From Anaerolineales bacterium (GTDB lineage: Bacteria > Chloroflexota > Anaerolineae > Anaerolineales > Villigracilaceae): a stretch of 64,000 bases of DNA. The DNA is taken from contig JAXLVT010000002.1 in NCBI GenBank assembly GCA_046328925.1, forward strand, positions 129,949-193,948. Direction: 5' to 3'. This document shows, piece by piece, positions 37,908-48,871 of this stretch. Each line of letters starts with the position of its first letter. The stretch's first letter is position 1. A program made the position numbers and the translations under genes. A model generated the notes under the pieces. It was not told where the DNA came from. It made no database searches and saw only the letters and a list, made by a program, of their open reading frames with translations.

Positions 37908-39899
37908 ATGCGTAAATTTTTTGCTTTATTGAGCCTTCTTGTCATCGCTAGCATGGTCCTTGCGGCCTGTGGTGGTGGACAAGCCACTCAACCTGCTGGT
38001 AATGCAACCGAAGCCCCCGCCGCTGGCGCTACAAGCGCTCCTGCTGCTGGTGGTTTCAAATCCGCTGACCCCAACACCTTTGTGGTTGCAGAAGCTGAAG
38101 TTGGTATCGATACCCTCGATCCAGCACTTGCTTATGACACCGCTTCTGGTGAAATCATCCAGAACGTGTATGAAACCCTCGTCTTCTATGATGGGGACAA
38201 GACTGATGCCTTCGTGCCCATGTTGGCCGAAGAATTGCCCACCGTCTCTGCCGATGGCGCAACCTATACCTTCAAGATTCGCTCTGGTGTTAAATTCCAC
38301 CAGGGTGGTGATATGACCCCGTCAGATGTTGCTTACTCCTTCCAGCGTGGTTTATTGCAGGGTGGTACTTCCTCCCCGCAATGGTTGCTTGCTGAACCTT
38401 TCTTTGGTGTTGGTAATGATGATGTTTCCTTGTTGGTTGATCCTGAGGGTAACCTCTATGACAACCGCGATGGAATCATCGCTGCTGACGCAGCCACTGT
38501 AAAGGCCGCCTGCGAAAAAGTACAAGCTGCAATCGTAGCTGACGATGCTGCTGGCACCGTCACCATGACCTTGGCTCAGCCTTGGGGTCCTTTCCTCGCC
38601 ACCATTTCCCAGACCTGGGGTTCCGTGATGGACAAGGAATGGGTTGTTGAAAACGGTGGTTGGGATGGTTCCTGCGATACTTGGCAGAACTACTATGGTA
38701 TGGCTTCTGCTGATGATCCATTCAGCACCATTGCTAATGGTACCGGCCCCTTCACATTGGATAAATTTGCCAATGGTGAAGAAATTGATTTAGTCCGCAA
38801 TGACTCCTACTGGCGTGAACCTGCCAAGCTTGAACGTGTTGTTCTCAAGCAGGTTCCAGAATGGGGTACCCGTTTCACCATGATGCAAGCTGGTGATGCC
38901 GACCTCACAGTGGTCCCCACTGCGAACCGCTCCCAGATGGATGAACTCGTTGGCGAAAAGTGTGTTTTCAGCATTGAAACCAACGCTTATGATTGTCAGG
39001 AAACTGATGCCAATCAACCTTTCCGCGTTCGCTTGGGTCGCCCAGGCATCAGCCAGGATGTAATTCTATACAACTGGAATATTGCCACCTCTGCTGATAG
39101 CCCGAACCCCTACATTGGTTCCGGCACACTTGATGGAAATGGTATTCCTGCTGACTTCTTCAGCGATGAACATATCCGCAAGGGCTTTGCCTATTCATTT
39201 GATTGGGATACTTTCATCAGCGACGTTTACAATGGCGAAGCTGTTCAGTCCTTCCAACTCACCTTGCCTGGCATGCCCGGCTTCTTCCTTGACACCCCTC
39301 ACTACACCTTTGACCTTGAGAAGGCTGCTGCCGAATTCAAGTTAGCCGATGTAGACAAAGATGGTATCGCTGCTGGTGACGATCCTGAAGGTGATGTTTG
39401 GACAACCGGTTTCCGCGTTCAGATGGCCTACAATCAGGGTAACAACACCCGCCAGACCACCGCTGAAATTTTGGCTGGTAACCTCTCCCAGGTTAACGAG
39501 AACTTCCTCGTTGAAACCCTCGGTTTGCCATGGCCTGCTTACCTCCGCTCACAACGCGCCAAGCAGATTCCGATTATGACCGGTGGTTGGCTCGAAGACA
39601 TTCATGATCCACACAACTGGTATCAGCCCTACACCACCGGTACATATGGTGGCCGCCAGGCTCTTCCTGATGATGTGAAGGCTCAGTTTAGAGACATCCT
39701 CACCCGTGGCGTTTCTGAAACCGATCCCGCCAAACGCGCTGAAATCTACAAGGAAGCCAATCAGCTTTATTACGACTTAGCTGTCGGTACTCCTTTGGTT
39801 CTCGCAACTGGTCACGGTTTCTCACAACGTTGGGTTGAAGGCGTGATCTTGAACCCGATCTTCCCCGGCAACTACTACTACACTATCTACAAAGACTAA
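37908..39899 (+). CDS. Family-5 solute-binding lipoprotein (probably highly expressed)
   Basis: Lipobox LAAC, TLDPALAYD, YTFKIRSGVKFH, GTGPF; strong GCT/GGT/TCC/AAC codon bias. Confidence 0.92.
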   Translation: MRKFFALLSLLVIASMVLAACGGGQATQPAGNATEAPAAGATSAPAAGGFKSADPNTFVVAEAEVGIDTLDPALAYDTASGEIIQNVYETLVFYDGDKTDAFVPMLAEELPTVSADGATYTFKIRSGVKFHQGGDMTPSDVAYSFQRGLLQGGTSSPQWLLAEPFFGVGNDDVSLLVDPEGNLYDNRDGIIAADAATVKAACEKVQAAIVADDAAGTVTMTLAQPWGPFLATISQTWGSVMDKEWVVENGGWDGSCDTWQNYYGMASADDPFSTIANGTGPFTLDKFANGEEIDLVRNDSYWREPAKLERVVLKQVPEWGTRFTMMQAGDADLTVVPTANRSQMDELVGEKCVFSIETNAYDCQETDANQPFRVRLGRPGISQDVILYNWNIATSADSPNPYIGSGTLDGNGIPADFFSDEHIRKGFAYSFDWDTFISDVYNGEAVQSFQLTLPGMPGFFLDTPHYTFDLEKAAAEFKLADVDKDGIAAGDDPEGDVWTTGFRVQMAYNQGNNTRQTTAEILAGNLSQVNENFLVETLGLPWPAYLRSQRAKQIPIMTGGWLEDIHDPHNWYQPYTTGTYGGRQALPDDVKAQFRDILTRGVSETDPAKRAEIYKEANQLYYDLAVGTPLVLATGHGFSQRWVEGVILNPIFPGNYYYTIYKD

Positions 39900-39919
39900 G
39901 CCGGTACGTAAGTAAAAAG

Positions 39920-39947
39920 TCCGGGAGCTTGGCAACAAGCTCCCGGA
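39920..39947 (+). terminator. Stem-loop after the SBP gene (attenuator or 3' stabiliser)
   Basis: TCCGGGAGCTTG-GCAA-CAAGCTCCCGGA, without a strong U-tract. Confidence 0.7.
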
Positions 39948-40034
39948 TATTCTAGATTGCATAGTGAAAATGAAATCAAATTCGTTTTTACTCTGGAAGT
40001 TAGAATTCAACCCTTCGTGAAATGAGGTTGTTAA

Positions 40035-41099
40035 ATGGTTAACTATATTATTCGTCGTTTGTTACTGGTCCCTGTATTGTTATTTGGGGTGACCTTGCTT
40101 ATCTTTGTCATGTTGCAATTCCTGCAACCAGTTGAACGTACGGCTCTGTATATACGCGATTTCCCCAAAAATGAGAACGCCATCCCAGCTTTGATCAAAC
40201 GATATGGCTTTGATCAGCCATTTTATGTTCAATATTGGCGCTGGCTTGTTGGTAAGGTAGATTCCGTAAGTGGCGAACGCGAGGGCGGTATTCTTTTTGG
40301 CAACTTTGGCTATTCCCGTTCTGCTTCACAACCTGTGGTTGAATTAATTGTTCGCCGCTTCCCCAACACTTTGGATTTAACAATTTGGGCAATTGCCCCG
40401 GTGGTATTGGTTGGAATTTGGCTTGGTGTACAGGCTGCTGTTCACCATAATGGATTCATTGACCAATTAGCACGTGTTTTTAGTATTTTAGGAACATCGT
40501 TTCCCACGTTCGTGTTTGGCTTATTGATGTTGTTGTTTTTCTATGCCAATAACCAGTGGTTTCCACCGGGCCGCCTATCAGATGATTTCTCGCGGATTGT
40601 TGAATCCGCATCTTTCCATCATTACACAAGCTTATTGACTTTCGATGCGTTGTTAAATGGTCGTTTTGATATTTTCTTAGATGCGTTGCGACATATGTTC
40701 CTGCCCATCTTGACTCTTTCTTATATCAATTGGGCAACCTTCCTGCGTGTGACTCGTGGTTCCATGCTTGAAACCTTGCGCATGGAATATGTCACAACTG
40801 CTCGCGCGAAAGGTTTGCCAGAGCGAGATGTTATTTTCAAACATGCCCAACCAAACGCCATGTTACCTGTAATTACCTTGGCGGGCTTTAGTATCGTTGG
40901 TTTGCTGGGTGGTGTAGTCATCACGGAAACAGTCTTTAACTTCCCCGGTATTGGTTCTGCTGCTGCTCGAGCAGCAACCAGTCTCGATGTTGTTGCGATG
41001 CTTGGATTTGCCCTCTTTGATGGCCTAATCCTCATTGTCGCAGCTTTGGTCATTGATGTGATGTATGCATTCATTGACCCACGCGTACGTCTTTCATAA
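40035..41099 (+). CDS. Peptide ABC permease (OppB/DppB-like)
   Basis: YIIRRLL, YVTTARAKGL, ITETVFNFPGIG, IDPRVR. Confidence 0.93.
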   Translation: MVNYIIRRLLLVPVLLFGVTLLIFVMLQFLQPVERTALYIRDFPKNENAIPALIKRYGFDQPFYVQYWRWLVGKVDSVSGEREGGILFGNFGYSRSASQPVVELIVRRFPNTLDLTIWAIAPVVLVGIWLGVQAAVHHNGFIDQLARVFSILGTSFPTFVFGLLMLLFFYANNQWFPPGRLSDDFSRIVESASFHHYTSLLTFDALLNGRFDIFLDALRHMFLPILTLSYINWATFLRVTRGSMLETLRMEYVTTARAKGLPERDVIFKHAQPNAMLPVITLAGFSIVGLLGGVVITETVFNFPGIGSAAARAATSLDVVAMLGFALFDGLILIVAALVIDVMYAFIDPRVRLS

Positions 41100-41116
41100 C
41101 AAAAGGAGAGATTAAT

Positions 41117-42157
41117 ATGGCTCAGAGTATTCCCTCCGGCGATAATAGCATGCTTCGTGATACGGTCTCCACTCGTCATATTGGGCGAGTAGAACGTTTT
41201 CTCGGACCTGACAATTACCGCATTCTTCTTGGGTTGATAAAAACGCCAGCTTCTATCGCTGGTTCAACCATCATATTGTTATTTGTCTTGGTTGCCATCT
41301 TTGCTCCGGTGATTATTCCACCGGTGAATAAGAATGACCCATACTCCATTCCTCGTGATGGATTCAAGTCTGATCCACAACCTGTCGGTGCTGAATGGCG
41401 TAGGAACGTCCCTGATTTACCTTTCTGGTACACCCCATTAACCGGGAAGACCAAATGGGTGCATATCATGGGCACTTCTGAAGGACAGTATGATATTTTT
41501 TACGGTGTGATTTGGGGTACCCGTACTGCTTTCGTAGCCAGTATTTTGGTGACCTTCTCCACAGTGATTATCGGAATTATCTATGGCGCGATTGCCGCTT
41601 ATTATGGCGGAATTGTTGACATGGTGTTGATGCGTATTGTGGATGTACTCTCTATTTTGCCAGGCATCTTGGCTGCGCTGATTCTTGCTGCTGTATTAAC
41701 CCCTACTCTTGGAAAAAGTACAATACCTGTGATGATTGCGTTAATAGCATTTGGCTGGATGGGCTACGCGCGCTTTATTCGTGCAGATATCCTCTCTGTC
41801 CGCGAGCGTGATTACATTTTGGCTGCCCGCGTCGTTGGAGTAAAGGATAGTCGCATCCTCTTCCAGCATATTCTTCCCAATGCGATTTTTCCCACCATTA
41901 TTTTGGCATCTCTTGCAATTGGTGATGTGATTTTGAGTTTCGCAGGCCTTTCCTTCCTTGGAATTGGTGCTGAAATCGGTTACGCTGATTGGGGACAATT
42001 GATTTCATTTGCACGTAACTGGATTACCAGCCTCAATACATACTGGTATATCATCGTATTCCCAGGCTTTGTTCTTGTGCTTTACGTAATGGGTTGGAAC
42101 TTGATTGGCGATGCTTTGCGTGACGTGCTTGACCCACGCATGCGTGGCAAAACATAA
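41117..42157 (+). CDS. Peptide ABC permease (OppC/DppC-like)
   Basis: HIMGT, RERDYILAARVVG, HILPN, LSFLGIG, GDALRDVLDPR. Confidence 0.93.
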   Translation: MAQSIPSGDNSMLRDTVSTRHIGRVERFLGPDNYRILLGLIKTPASIAGSTIILLFVLVAIFAPVIIPPVNKNDPYSIPRDGFKSDPQPVGAEWRRNVPDLPFWYTPLTGKTKWVHIMGTSEGQYDIFYGVIWGTRTAFVASILVTFSTVIIGIIYGAIAAYYGGIVDMVLMRIVDVLSILPGILAALILAAVLTPTLGKSTIPVMIALIAFGWMGYARFIRADILSVRERDYILAARVVGVKDSRILFQHILPNAIFPTIILASLAIGDVILSFAGLSFLGIGAEIGYADWGQLISFARNWITSLNTYWYIIVFPGFVLVLYVMGWNLIGDALRDVLDPRMRGKT

Positions 42158-42162
42158 TTTCT

Positions 42163-42834
42163 GTGCGTTACCCTCGTTTTCTTATTAGTATCGGAATAGC
42201 CCTGCTGTTTGCAGGGCTATTCTTCGATGTTGGCAAAACGCAATCTTCTATAATTGCGACGCCCACCCCTGATCGGTTGGCTGAACCAACCCTTCCCCCT
42301 TCTCCTACACAAATTGATTATGGCAGGCATGTTTATTGGCTGTCATGCTTACCTTGTCACGGAGATCGTGGTCAAGGATTAACGGATGAGTTTCGTAGTA
42401 CTTATCCTGTTGAAGATCAAAATTGCTGGAAATCAGGCTGTCACGGACAACGTCCCTATGACAATGGATTTACGATTCCAACCTATATCCCTGCTGTCAT
42501 TGGCGCAGGGACTTTACAAAAATTTGAAACTGCCGCATCGTTACATTCTTATATCCATGCGGCAATGCCATTTTGGAAACCCGGTAGTTTAAAAGAGGAT
42601 GAGGCGTGGCAGGTGACCGCTTTTATTCTTTATGAAAACAAACTATGGGATAACTCAGTGGAATTGAACGATTCAAACGCAAGCCTGGTGCGGGTCGGTC
42701 CACCTCAGCCGACGCCAACGCCTCAACCTGTATCTTCAAAAACAACTGAACCGTACCTTGCTTTAATCATTGGCATAATAGTTTTCGCCCTGCTCTTTTT
42801 TGTTGCTCGAATTTTACAAAAGAATAAATCGTAA
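42163..42834 (+). CDS. Membrane-anchored cytochrome c
   Basis: Signal peptide, CLPCH, second motif CWKSGCH, distal YIHAAMP, C-terminal TM helix. Confidence 0.8.
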   Translation: MRYPRFLISIGIALLFAGLFFDVGKTQSSIIATPTPDRLAEPTLPPSPTQIDYGRHVYWLSCLPCHGDRGQGLTDEFRSTYPVEDQNCWKSGCHGQRPYDNGFTIPTYIPAVIGAGTLQKFETAASLHSYIHAAMPFWKPGSLKEDEAWQVTAFILYENKLWDNSVELNDSNASLVRVGPPQPTPTPQPVSSKTTEPYLALIIGIIVFALLFFVARILQKNKS

Positions 42835-42905
42835 ACAAAGAAGCCAACTGCATAAGTGGCTTCTTGTATAATTGGTGGATGCGCTTTTTGAGAAAAGGAT
42901 GATGT

Positions 42906-44855
42906 ATGAATAAAAAAATCAAGAGACAGCATCTGCTTGTTTGTTTCATAGTCTTGTTGGTTTTATTAATCTCTGCCTGTATTATTCCCGCAGCACAGAC
43001 AGAAGTTCCAACAACCGTCACGGTAACACTTCCGCCTCTTCCTACTGCCACCCCTGCGCCACGTGAGTTAAATGTTTGCTTGGGAGAAGAGCCAAATACT
43101 TTATATCCCTTTGGCGGGCCCAATGCTGCTGCCCGTAGCGTATTGGCCTCAGTTTATGATGGCCCAATTGACACACTCGGTTATGAATATCAACCTGTTA
43201 TTCTTACCCAATTGCCTTTACTAGAAAATGGAGATGCGCAAATTGTCAAAACGCCGGTGCAGGCCGGAGGTCAGATTGTAGATGCGAGTGGGAATGTCGT
43301 GCTGTTAGCGCAAGGGGTGAAAGTACGCCCTGCCAGTTGTCGCGCTGATAATTGTGTCATCACGTATGATGGTACGACCCCACTTGAAATGGATCAAATG
43401 GTGGTGACCTTCCGCATTCGTCCAGATATCACTTGGGCAGATGGAACACCTCTGACGGCCGATGACTCAATTTATGCATATACTCTCGCTTCAGATCCAA
43501 GTGCAACGACCAATACGTTTTTGTTAGACCGTACTCAAACCTATGAGGCGGCTGATGAAAACACAATTCAATGGTGGGGAAAACCTGGTTTTATTGACTC
43601 TACATTTGCCACAAACTTTTGGCCACCCGCTCCCAAACATCTATGGAGTCAATTCCCTGTAAATCAATTAACCACAGTTGATATTTCATCTCGTACCCCT
43701 GCAGGTTGGGGACCCTATATAGTTCAGGAATGGATTGCAGGTGACCATATCACCTTAACCAAGAATCCTTATTACTTCCGCACGACAGATGGCTATCCAA
43801 AATTTGATAAGTTGAACTTTCGTTTTATTGCAGACCCCAATACTGCCTTAAGTGAGTTGGTAGCTGGGCGTTGCGATATTCTTGACCCGACGGTTAAACT
43901 CGATAGCCAGGTTGGCTTACTAAAGCAAATGCAGGATAGTGAACAACTCCAAGCGTTCTTTACTCCTGGTATGACGATTGAATGGTTGGGATTGGGATTA
44001 ACACCAGCAACGTATGACGATGGGTATGACACCTTATTTCAAAAAGATCGTCAAAATATTTTTTCAGATGCACACACACGGCAAGGAATTGCATATTGTC
44101 TTGACCGTCAATCTGTTGTCAATAATGTTTTGTTTGGCCTTACAACTGTCCCAACCACTTATATTCCTGTTGAACATCCTTTTTACGATCCCAATATTTC
44201 CTCAATTCCTTTTGACCCCAGTGTAGGAAGTTCTTTGCTGGAACAAGCAGGCTGGAAGGATACAGATGGAAACCCAGCTACGCCACGGGTGGCAGTCAGT
44301 GTGGCTAACGTTGCCGCTAACACCCCACTTCAGCTTAACTACTTCACAACCACTGCAACCCAACGCAGACAGGTTGTAGATATTTTGACACAGTCATTGG
44401 CTCAATGTGGAATTGGGCTTAACGTTCAATACTATTCACAAAATGATTTATATGCCTCTGGCCCGAATGGCTTGTTGTTTGGCCGTCGTTTCGACATGAT
44501 TGAGTATGCGATGGGAGTGAATGGAATTGAACCTCCATGTAGTTGGTTTACTACAGAAGAAATTCCATCAGCAGCCAACTCGTGGATTGGCACCAATGTC
44601 ACTGGGTATAAAAATCCTGAATACGATGCGGCTTGTCATGCTGCTCAATTTGCCGTACCTGGTGAACAAGCTTATATTGATAATTATCGTCAAACAGAAA
44701 TTAAATTCTCAACAGACTTGCCTGCTATTCCTTTATATTATCGCTTGCGTGTGGCGGTAGCTCGACCTGATGTTTGTAATTTTGATCTCGACCCAACAGC
44801 CAACCCACTTTGGAATATAGAAGCGATTGACAAGGGTGAAGCGTGCAAAAAATAA
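42906..44855 (+). CDS. Family-5 solute-binding lipoprotein
   Basis: Lipobox ISAC, EPNTLYP, ITWADGTPLTADD, GWGPY, IPLY. Confidence 0.88.
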   Translation: MNKKIKRQHLLVCFIVLLVLLISACIIPAAQTEVPTTVTVTLPPLPTATPAPRELNVCLGEEPNTLYPFGGPNAAARSVLASVYDGPIDTLGYEYQPVILTQLPLLENGDAQIVKTPVQAGGQIVDASGNVVLLAQGVKVRPASCRADNCVITYDGTTPLEMDQMVVTFRIRPDITWADGTPLTADDSIYAYTLASDPSATTNTFLLDRTQTYEAADENTIQWWGKPGFIDSTFATNFWPPAPKHLWSQFPVNQLTTVDISSRTPAGWGPYIVQEWIAGDHITLTKNPYYFRTTDGYPKFDKLNFRFIADPNTALSELVAGRCDILDPTVKLDSQVGLLKQMQDSEQLQAFFTPGMTIEWLGLGLTPATYDDGYDTLFQKDRQNIFSDAHTRQGIAYCLDRQSVVNNVLFGLTTVPTTYIPVEHPFYDPNISSIPFDPSVGSSLLEQAGWKDTDGNPATPRVAVSVANVAANTPLQLNYFTTTATQRRQVVDILTQSLAQCGIGLNVQYYSQNDLYASGPNGLLFGRRFDMIEYAMGVNGIEPPCSWFTTEEIPSAANSWIGTNVTGYKNPEYDAACHAAQFAVPGEQAYIDNYRQTEIKFSTDLPAIPLYYRLRVAVARPDVCNFDLDPTANPLWNIEAIDKGEACKK

Positions 44856-44857
44856 AA

Positions 44858-46750
44858 ATGCGACGCTTTTTCCTGTTAGTTACTCTAACAATTATTTTCG
44901 CTTCGTGCGCGCCTCAGCCTGTTTCGGTTGCTACTAGTACTCCTGCCCCTGTTGCAACACCTACACTTGCGCATGCACCTGAAATTAAGTTTGCGTTAAT
45001 TGGTAACCCAAAAGATGTAAACGTTTGGCAGTTGTTTGATACAACTGGCGCCAGTTATGTGGATTACGCTCTGCGCTCCGAATACTGGCCGCGGCTGTAT
45101 CATCTTGCACCTCCATCGTTTGAGTTTCAACCTATGGCGGCTGGTGGGTTCCCATCAGCGATTGTTCAAGAGGGAGAACAATATTCTGCTACGGTAAAAC
45201 TCCGCACAGATTTGAAATGGACAGATGGTTTCCCTTTTACAGCCTCGGATGTTGAATTTACAGTCAATACCGCTTTGTCTTTCGAACTTGGTTACGACTG
45301 GGCTGTGTATTATCCACGAGATGAAATTGACCATGTTCAGGCACTGGATGTAGCTACCGTTAAATTCTTTTTCAAACAAAAACCTAATATAGAAGCATGG
45401 CAGTATGGTGCTTTGCAAGGGCCGATTGTTCAAAAAGCGTTTTGGGAACCCTTACTTTCCAAATCCTCAAGCCTTTTGCCTGATGCGAAATTAAACAATG
45501 ATATTGAAACTGCACGTGCTTATCTTGCTACGGTTCAAGCACGTGTAGATGACCTTTCTGCGCAAGCCCTCAACGGACAAAATAATCAGTCTGCTGGAGA
45601 CTTGGGGAAGAAACAAGCTGAATTAACGTATGCCAAAAATACACTCGATAAGTTGATGGTTGAGCGAAATTCGAAAATCGAATTGGCTCATCAATCTTTG
45701 TATGCTCTTGATGGCAAGAATGAGCCCACGCTTGGGTCGTGGATTCCTGATGGAAAACAAAATAATCATTGGGTTAATAAGGCTAATCCAGATTTTCCTT
45801 TTCTAAAGTCAAATTTTGACCGCGCAATTTACTTGCCTTTTGAAAATATAAACGATGCACAGTCTGCTTTCCAAAAGGGAGAGGTGGACTTTATTCTTTC
45901 TCCTGATAACGTATTAGGAGGTACAGGGAAAGCGACTAGTCCAACCTCAAGTGCTCGCTTTTTAGTATTCAACCCTTTTGAAGAAAATTTATCTAACCCA
46001 GCTTTGCACAAGGCGCTAAGTTGTATGCTGGATAGAAATGAACTTGTAGGTCAAGTTCTTCAATCCCAGGCTTTCCCTTTGGAAGTGTTTATTCTTTCAA
46101 CTCAATGGCATGATGAAAATGTCAAAGATACCTGCGTAGGCATGGATCATACGGCTCGAATTCAAGAAGCTGTGAATCAATTGAAAACTGCTGGTTACAC
46201 ATGGACACAAGAACCTGATGGAACTCATGCAGGTAGCGGGCTGACAAGCGCTGACGGTACCTTACTTCCTGAGATGAGTTTATTGGCTCCACCTAGTTCA
46301 GAAGATGCATTGCGTGCTTCTGCCGCGGAGTATATTGCCGGGCAGGCTCAATACTTAGGGCTTTCTGTTTCCGTCCAGGAAGCAAGTTTGAATGATATTG
46401 TTTATGCAGTATATAGCTCAAAAAAATATGATATGGCGATAGTGGGTTGGCGCTTAAGTGAGTACCCCGCTTATATGTGTCAATGGTTTGGGACTGGGAC
46501 CGTGTTTTTGAATAACAGTGACAGTTACCAGCCTATGTGTGATGCGCTGGCAACTGAGTCCGATCTTGAAGTAGCGAAAAAAGAAATTTCACAATTTGAA
46601 TCTTTATTAATGTCAAACTTGCCGATGATTCCCCTGTACCGTGTTGCACATACAGATGTTTATCAAAGGCTTACATACCCTTCGGAGCAGGTTTTGAACG
46701 GCTGGAGCGCCTTATACGGTTCTCCAGACTATGCGATTCCATCCCAATAG
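44858..46750 (+). CDS. Divergent family-5 solute-binding lipoprotein
   Basis: Lipobox FASC, LKWTDGFPFTASDVEFT, LPMIPLY; helical insertion in the middle. Confidence 0.8.
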   Translation: MRRFFLLVTLTIIFASCAPQPVSVATSTPAPVATPTLAHAPEIKFALIGNPKDVNVWQLFDTTGASYVDYALRSEYWPRLYHLAPPSFEFQPMAAGGFPSAIVQEGEQYSATVKLRTDLKWTDGFPFTASDVEFTVNTALSFELGYDWAVYYPRDEIDHVQALDVATVKFFFKQKPNIEAWQYGALQGPIVQKAFWEPLLSKSSSLLPDAKLNNDIETARAYLATVQARVDDLSAQALNGQNNQSAGDLGKKQAELTYAKNTLDKLMVERNSKIELAHQSLYALDGKNEPTLGSWIPDGKQNNHWVNKANPDFPFLKSNFDRAIYLPFENINDAQSAFQKGEVDFILSPDNVLGGTGKATSPTSSARFLVFNPFEENLSNPALHKALSCMLDRNELVGQVLQSQAFPLEVFILSTQWHDENVKDTCVGMDHTARIQEAVNQLKTAGYTWTQEPDGTHAGSGLTSADGTLLPEMSLLAPPSSEDALRASAAEYIAGQAQYLGLSVSVQEASLNDIVYAVYSSKKYDMAIVGWRLSEYPAYMCQWFGTGTVFLNNSDSYQPMCDALATESDLEVAKKEISQFESLLMSNLPMIPLYRVAHTDVYQRLTYPSEQVLNGWSALYGSPDYAIPSQ

Positions 46751-46820
46751 GTTGTTTTTTTGCCTTGGAATTACTGCAAGACGATGTATAATTCGCCCAT
46801 TCCAAATCCGGGAGCTGGCC

Positions 46821-47846
46821 ATGGCCAAAACAAATCAAAAGCCTTTACTTGAAGTACGTAACCTAAAGACTTATTTTTATACCGAAGATGGTATTGTTCG
46901 AGCCGTGGATGGTGTAAATTTTGAAGTATATCCGGGTGAGGTACTCGGTATTGTAGGTGAGTCAGGTTGTGGAAAAAGTGTGACATCTCTCTCCATTATG
47001 CGCTTGGTTGCGCCTCCTGGAAAAGTGACTGAGGGTGAAATTTTAGTGAATGGACAGAACATCCTCAATATCTCTGAAGACGAGATGACAAAGATTCGTG
47101 GCAATAAAATTTCCATGATCTTTCAACAGCCACAAACTGCTTTAAATCCAGTGTTTCAAGTGGATGATCAAATTGCTGAAGTTTTGAATATTCATAAAGA
47201 CTTCGGTAAAGATGCAGGAAAGAAACGTGCTGTTGAGTTATTGAAAATGGTTGGAATTCCTGATGCGGAACGTCGTGCTGCGGCTTTCCCACATGAACTC
47301 TCTGGTGGTATGGCACAACGTGTCATGATTGCCATGGCGTTGGCTTGTGTCCCTGAGTTGTTGATTGCTGATGAACCTACTACCGCTTTGGATGTGACCA
47401 TTCAAGCACAAATTTTAGATTTGATTCGTGAAATGCGCGAAAAGATGGGGACTTCTGTTATTTTGATTACCCATGATTTGGGCGTAGTTGCCGAAATGTG
47501 TGAGCGCGTGGCTGTGATGTATGCTGGAGAAGTGGTTGAACAGGCAGAAGTAAACTTGTTGTTTGAACACCCATTACATCCTTATACACAAGGATTGATT
47601 GGTTCCATCCCTGTTCTTGGACAAATCAAAGAACGCTTGGATGTGATTCCAGGAAGCGTGCCAAATCTTGTGAACTTGCCATCGGGTTGCCGCTTTGCTC
47701 CTCGCTGTGCTGCCCGCGAAAAATTTGGTTTGAAGATTTGTTCTGAAGTTAAACCTGATTTAAGAGAATCTGCCGAAGGACATCTTGTTCGCTGCTGGTT
47801 GTATCAAGATGCCGAAGGCCATAAAGCGCCATTGCAGGCGAAATAA
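46821..47846 (+). CDS. Second OppD/DppD-like ATPase
   Basis: [27 protein letters not shown]. Start MAKTNQ; possible internal promoter TTGGAA-16-TATAAT at 46765-46792. Confidence 0.92.
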   Translation: MAKTNQKPLLEVRNLKTYFYTEDGIVRAVDGVNFEVYPGEVLGIVGESGCGKSVTSLSIMRLVAPPGKVTEGEILVNGQNILNISEDEMTKIRGNKISMIFQQPQTALNPVFQVDDQIAEVLNIHKDFGKDAGKKRAVELLKMVGIPDAERRAAAFPHELSGGMAQRVMIAMALACVPELLIADEPTTALDVTIQAQILDLIREMREKMGTSVILITHDLGVVAEMCERVAVMYAGEVVEQAEVNLLFEHPLHPYTQGLIGSIPVLGQIKERLDVIPGSVPNLVNLPSGCRFAPRCAAREKFGLKICSEVKPDLRESAEGHLVRCWLYQDAEGHKAPLQAK

Positions 47847-47871
47847 TCATTTTCCCGGAGACAAAGCGCAT

Positions 47872-48864
47872 ATGAGCCAAACAAACGAAACAACCAATGC
47901 AGAAAACATTGTAGAAGTACGAAATCTTGTTAAATACTTTCCTGTTCGCTCAGGCATCATGCAGCGAGTGGTAAACCACGTGAAGGCAGTGGATGATGTT
48001 TCCTTCGCGGTGAAAAGAGGCGAAACCCTTGGGATGGTGGGTGAATCTGGTTGTGGTAAAACCACAATTGGTAGATCCATGCTGCGCTTGGTGGAACCTA
48101 CTTCAGGTGCGGTTAACTTTGATGGTAAAGATATTCTGAAATTGCGTGGCAAAGACTTAAAAGATGTTCGCCGCCATATGCAGATTATTTTTCAAGATCC
48201 CTATGCCTCTCTTGATCCGCGTGTTCCAATTGGTGAATCCGTTATGGAAGGGCTACATATCCATAACATTGGCACACGTCAGGAACGCTACGATCTCATG
48301 ATTGATACGCTCAAGAAAGTGGGACTTGAGGATTATCACGCCCGTCGTTATCCCCATGAATTTTCAGGTGGCCAACGCCAACGCATCGGGATTGCCCGAG
48401 CCTTGGCATTGCGCCCCGACTTTATCGTTTGCGATGAGCCAGTCTCAGCTTTGGATGTTTCCATCCAATCACAAGTCTTGAATATTCTTAAAGATCTACA
48501 ACGAGAATTCGGATTAACCTATTTATTCATCGCGCATAACTTAAGCGTTGTTGAACACATTTCTGATCGCGTGGCAGTTATGTATCTCGGTAAGATGGTT
48601 GAGCTGACAGATCGTGAAGAACTATTCCGAAATCCGTTACATCCTTATACAAAAGCTTTGATGTCGGCCATTCCAGTACCAGACCCGAAGTCGAAGCGCC
48701 AACGAACTGTATTAAAAGGCGATGTTCCCAGCCCATTGAACCCACCAACGGGATGCCGTTTTCATCCCCGCTGTCCGATTGCCGAAAAAATCTGTAGCGA
48801 ACAGGAACCTGAATTCCGCGAAGCAGCTCCCAATCACTGGGTCGCTTGCTGGTTGGCAAAATAG
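47872..48864 (+). CDS. Second OppF/DppF-like ATPase
   Basis: [33 protein letters not shown]. Start MSQTNE behind GGAG. Confidence 0.92.
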   Translation: MSQTNETTNAENIVEVRNLVKYFPVRSGIMQRVVNHVKAVDDVSFAVKRGETLGMVGESGCGKTTIGRSMLRLVEPTSGAVNFDGKDILKLRGKDLKDVRRHMQIIFQDPYASLDPRVPIGESVMEGLHIHNIGTRQERYDLMIDTLKKVGLEDYHARRYPHEFSGGQRQRIGIARALALRPDFIVCDEPVSALDVSIQSQVLNILKDLQREFGLTYLFIAHNLSVVEHISDRVAVMYLGKMVELTDREELFRNPLHPYTKALMSAIPVPDPKSKRQRTVLKGDVPSPLNPPTGCRFHPRCPIAEKICSEQEPEFREAAPNHWVACWLAK

Positions 48865-48871
48865 GTAAAAC

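Noticed and set aside
35814-48864. Similarity between the two oppD/oppF pairs as a recent duplication or repeat
   Set aside because: Similarity is concentrated in conserved ABC motifs with many synonymous differences; these look like old paralogues.
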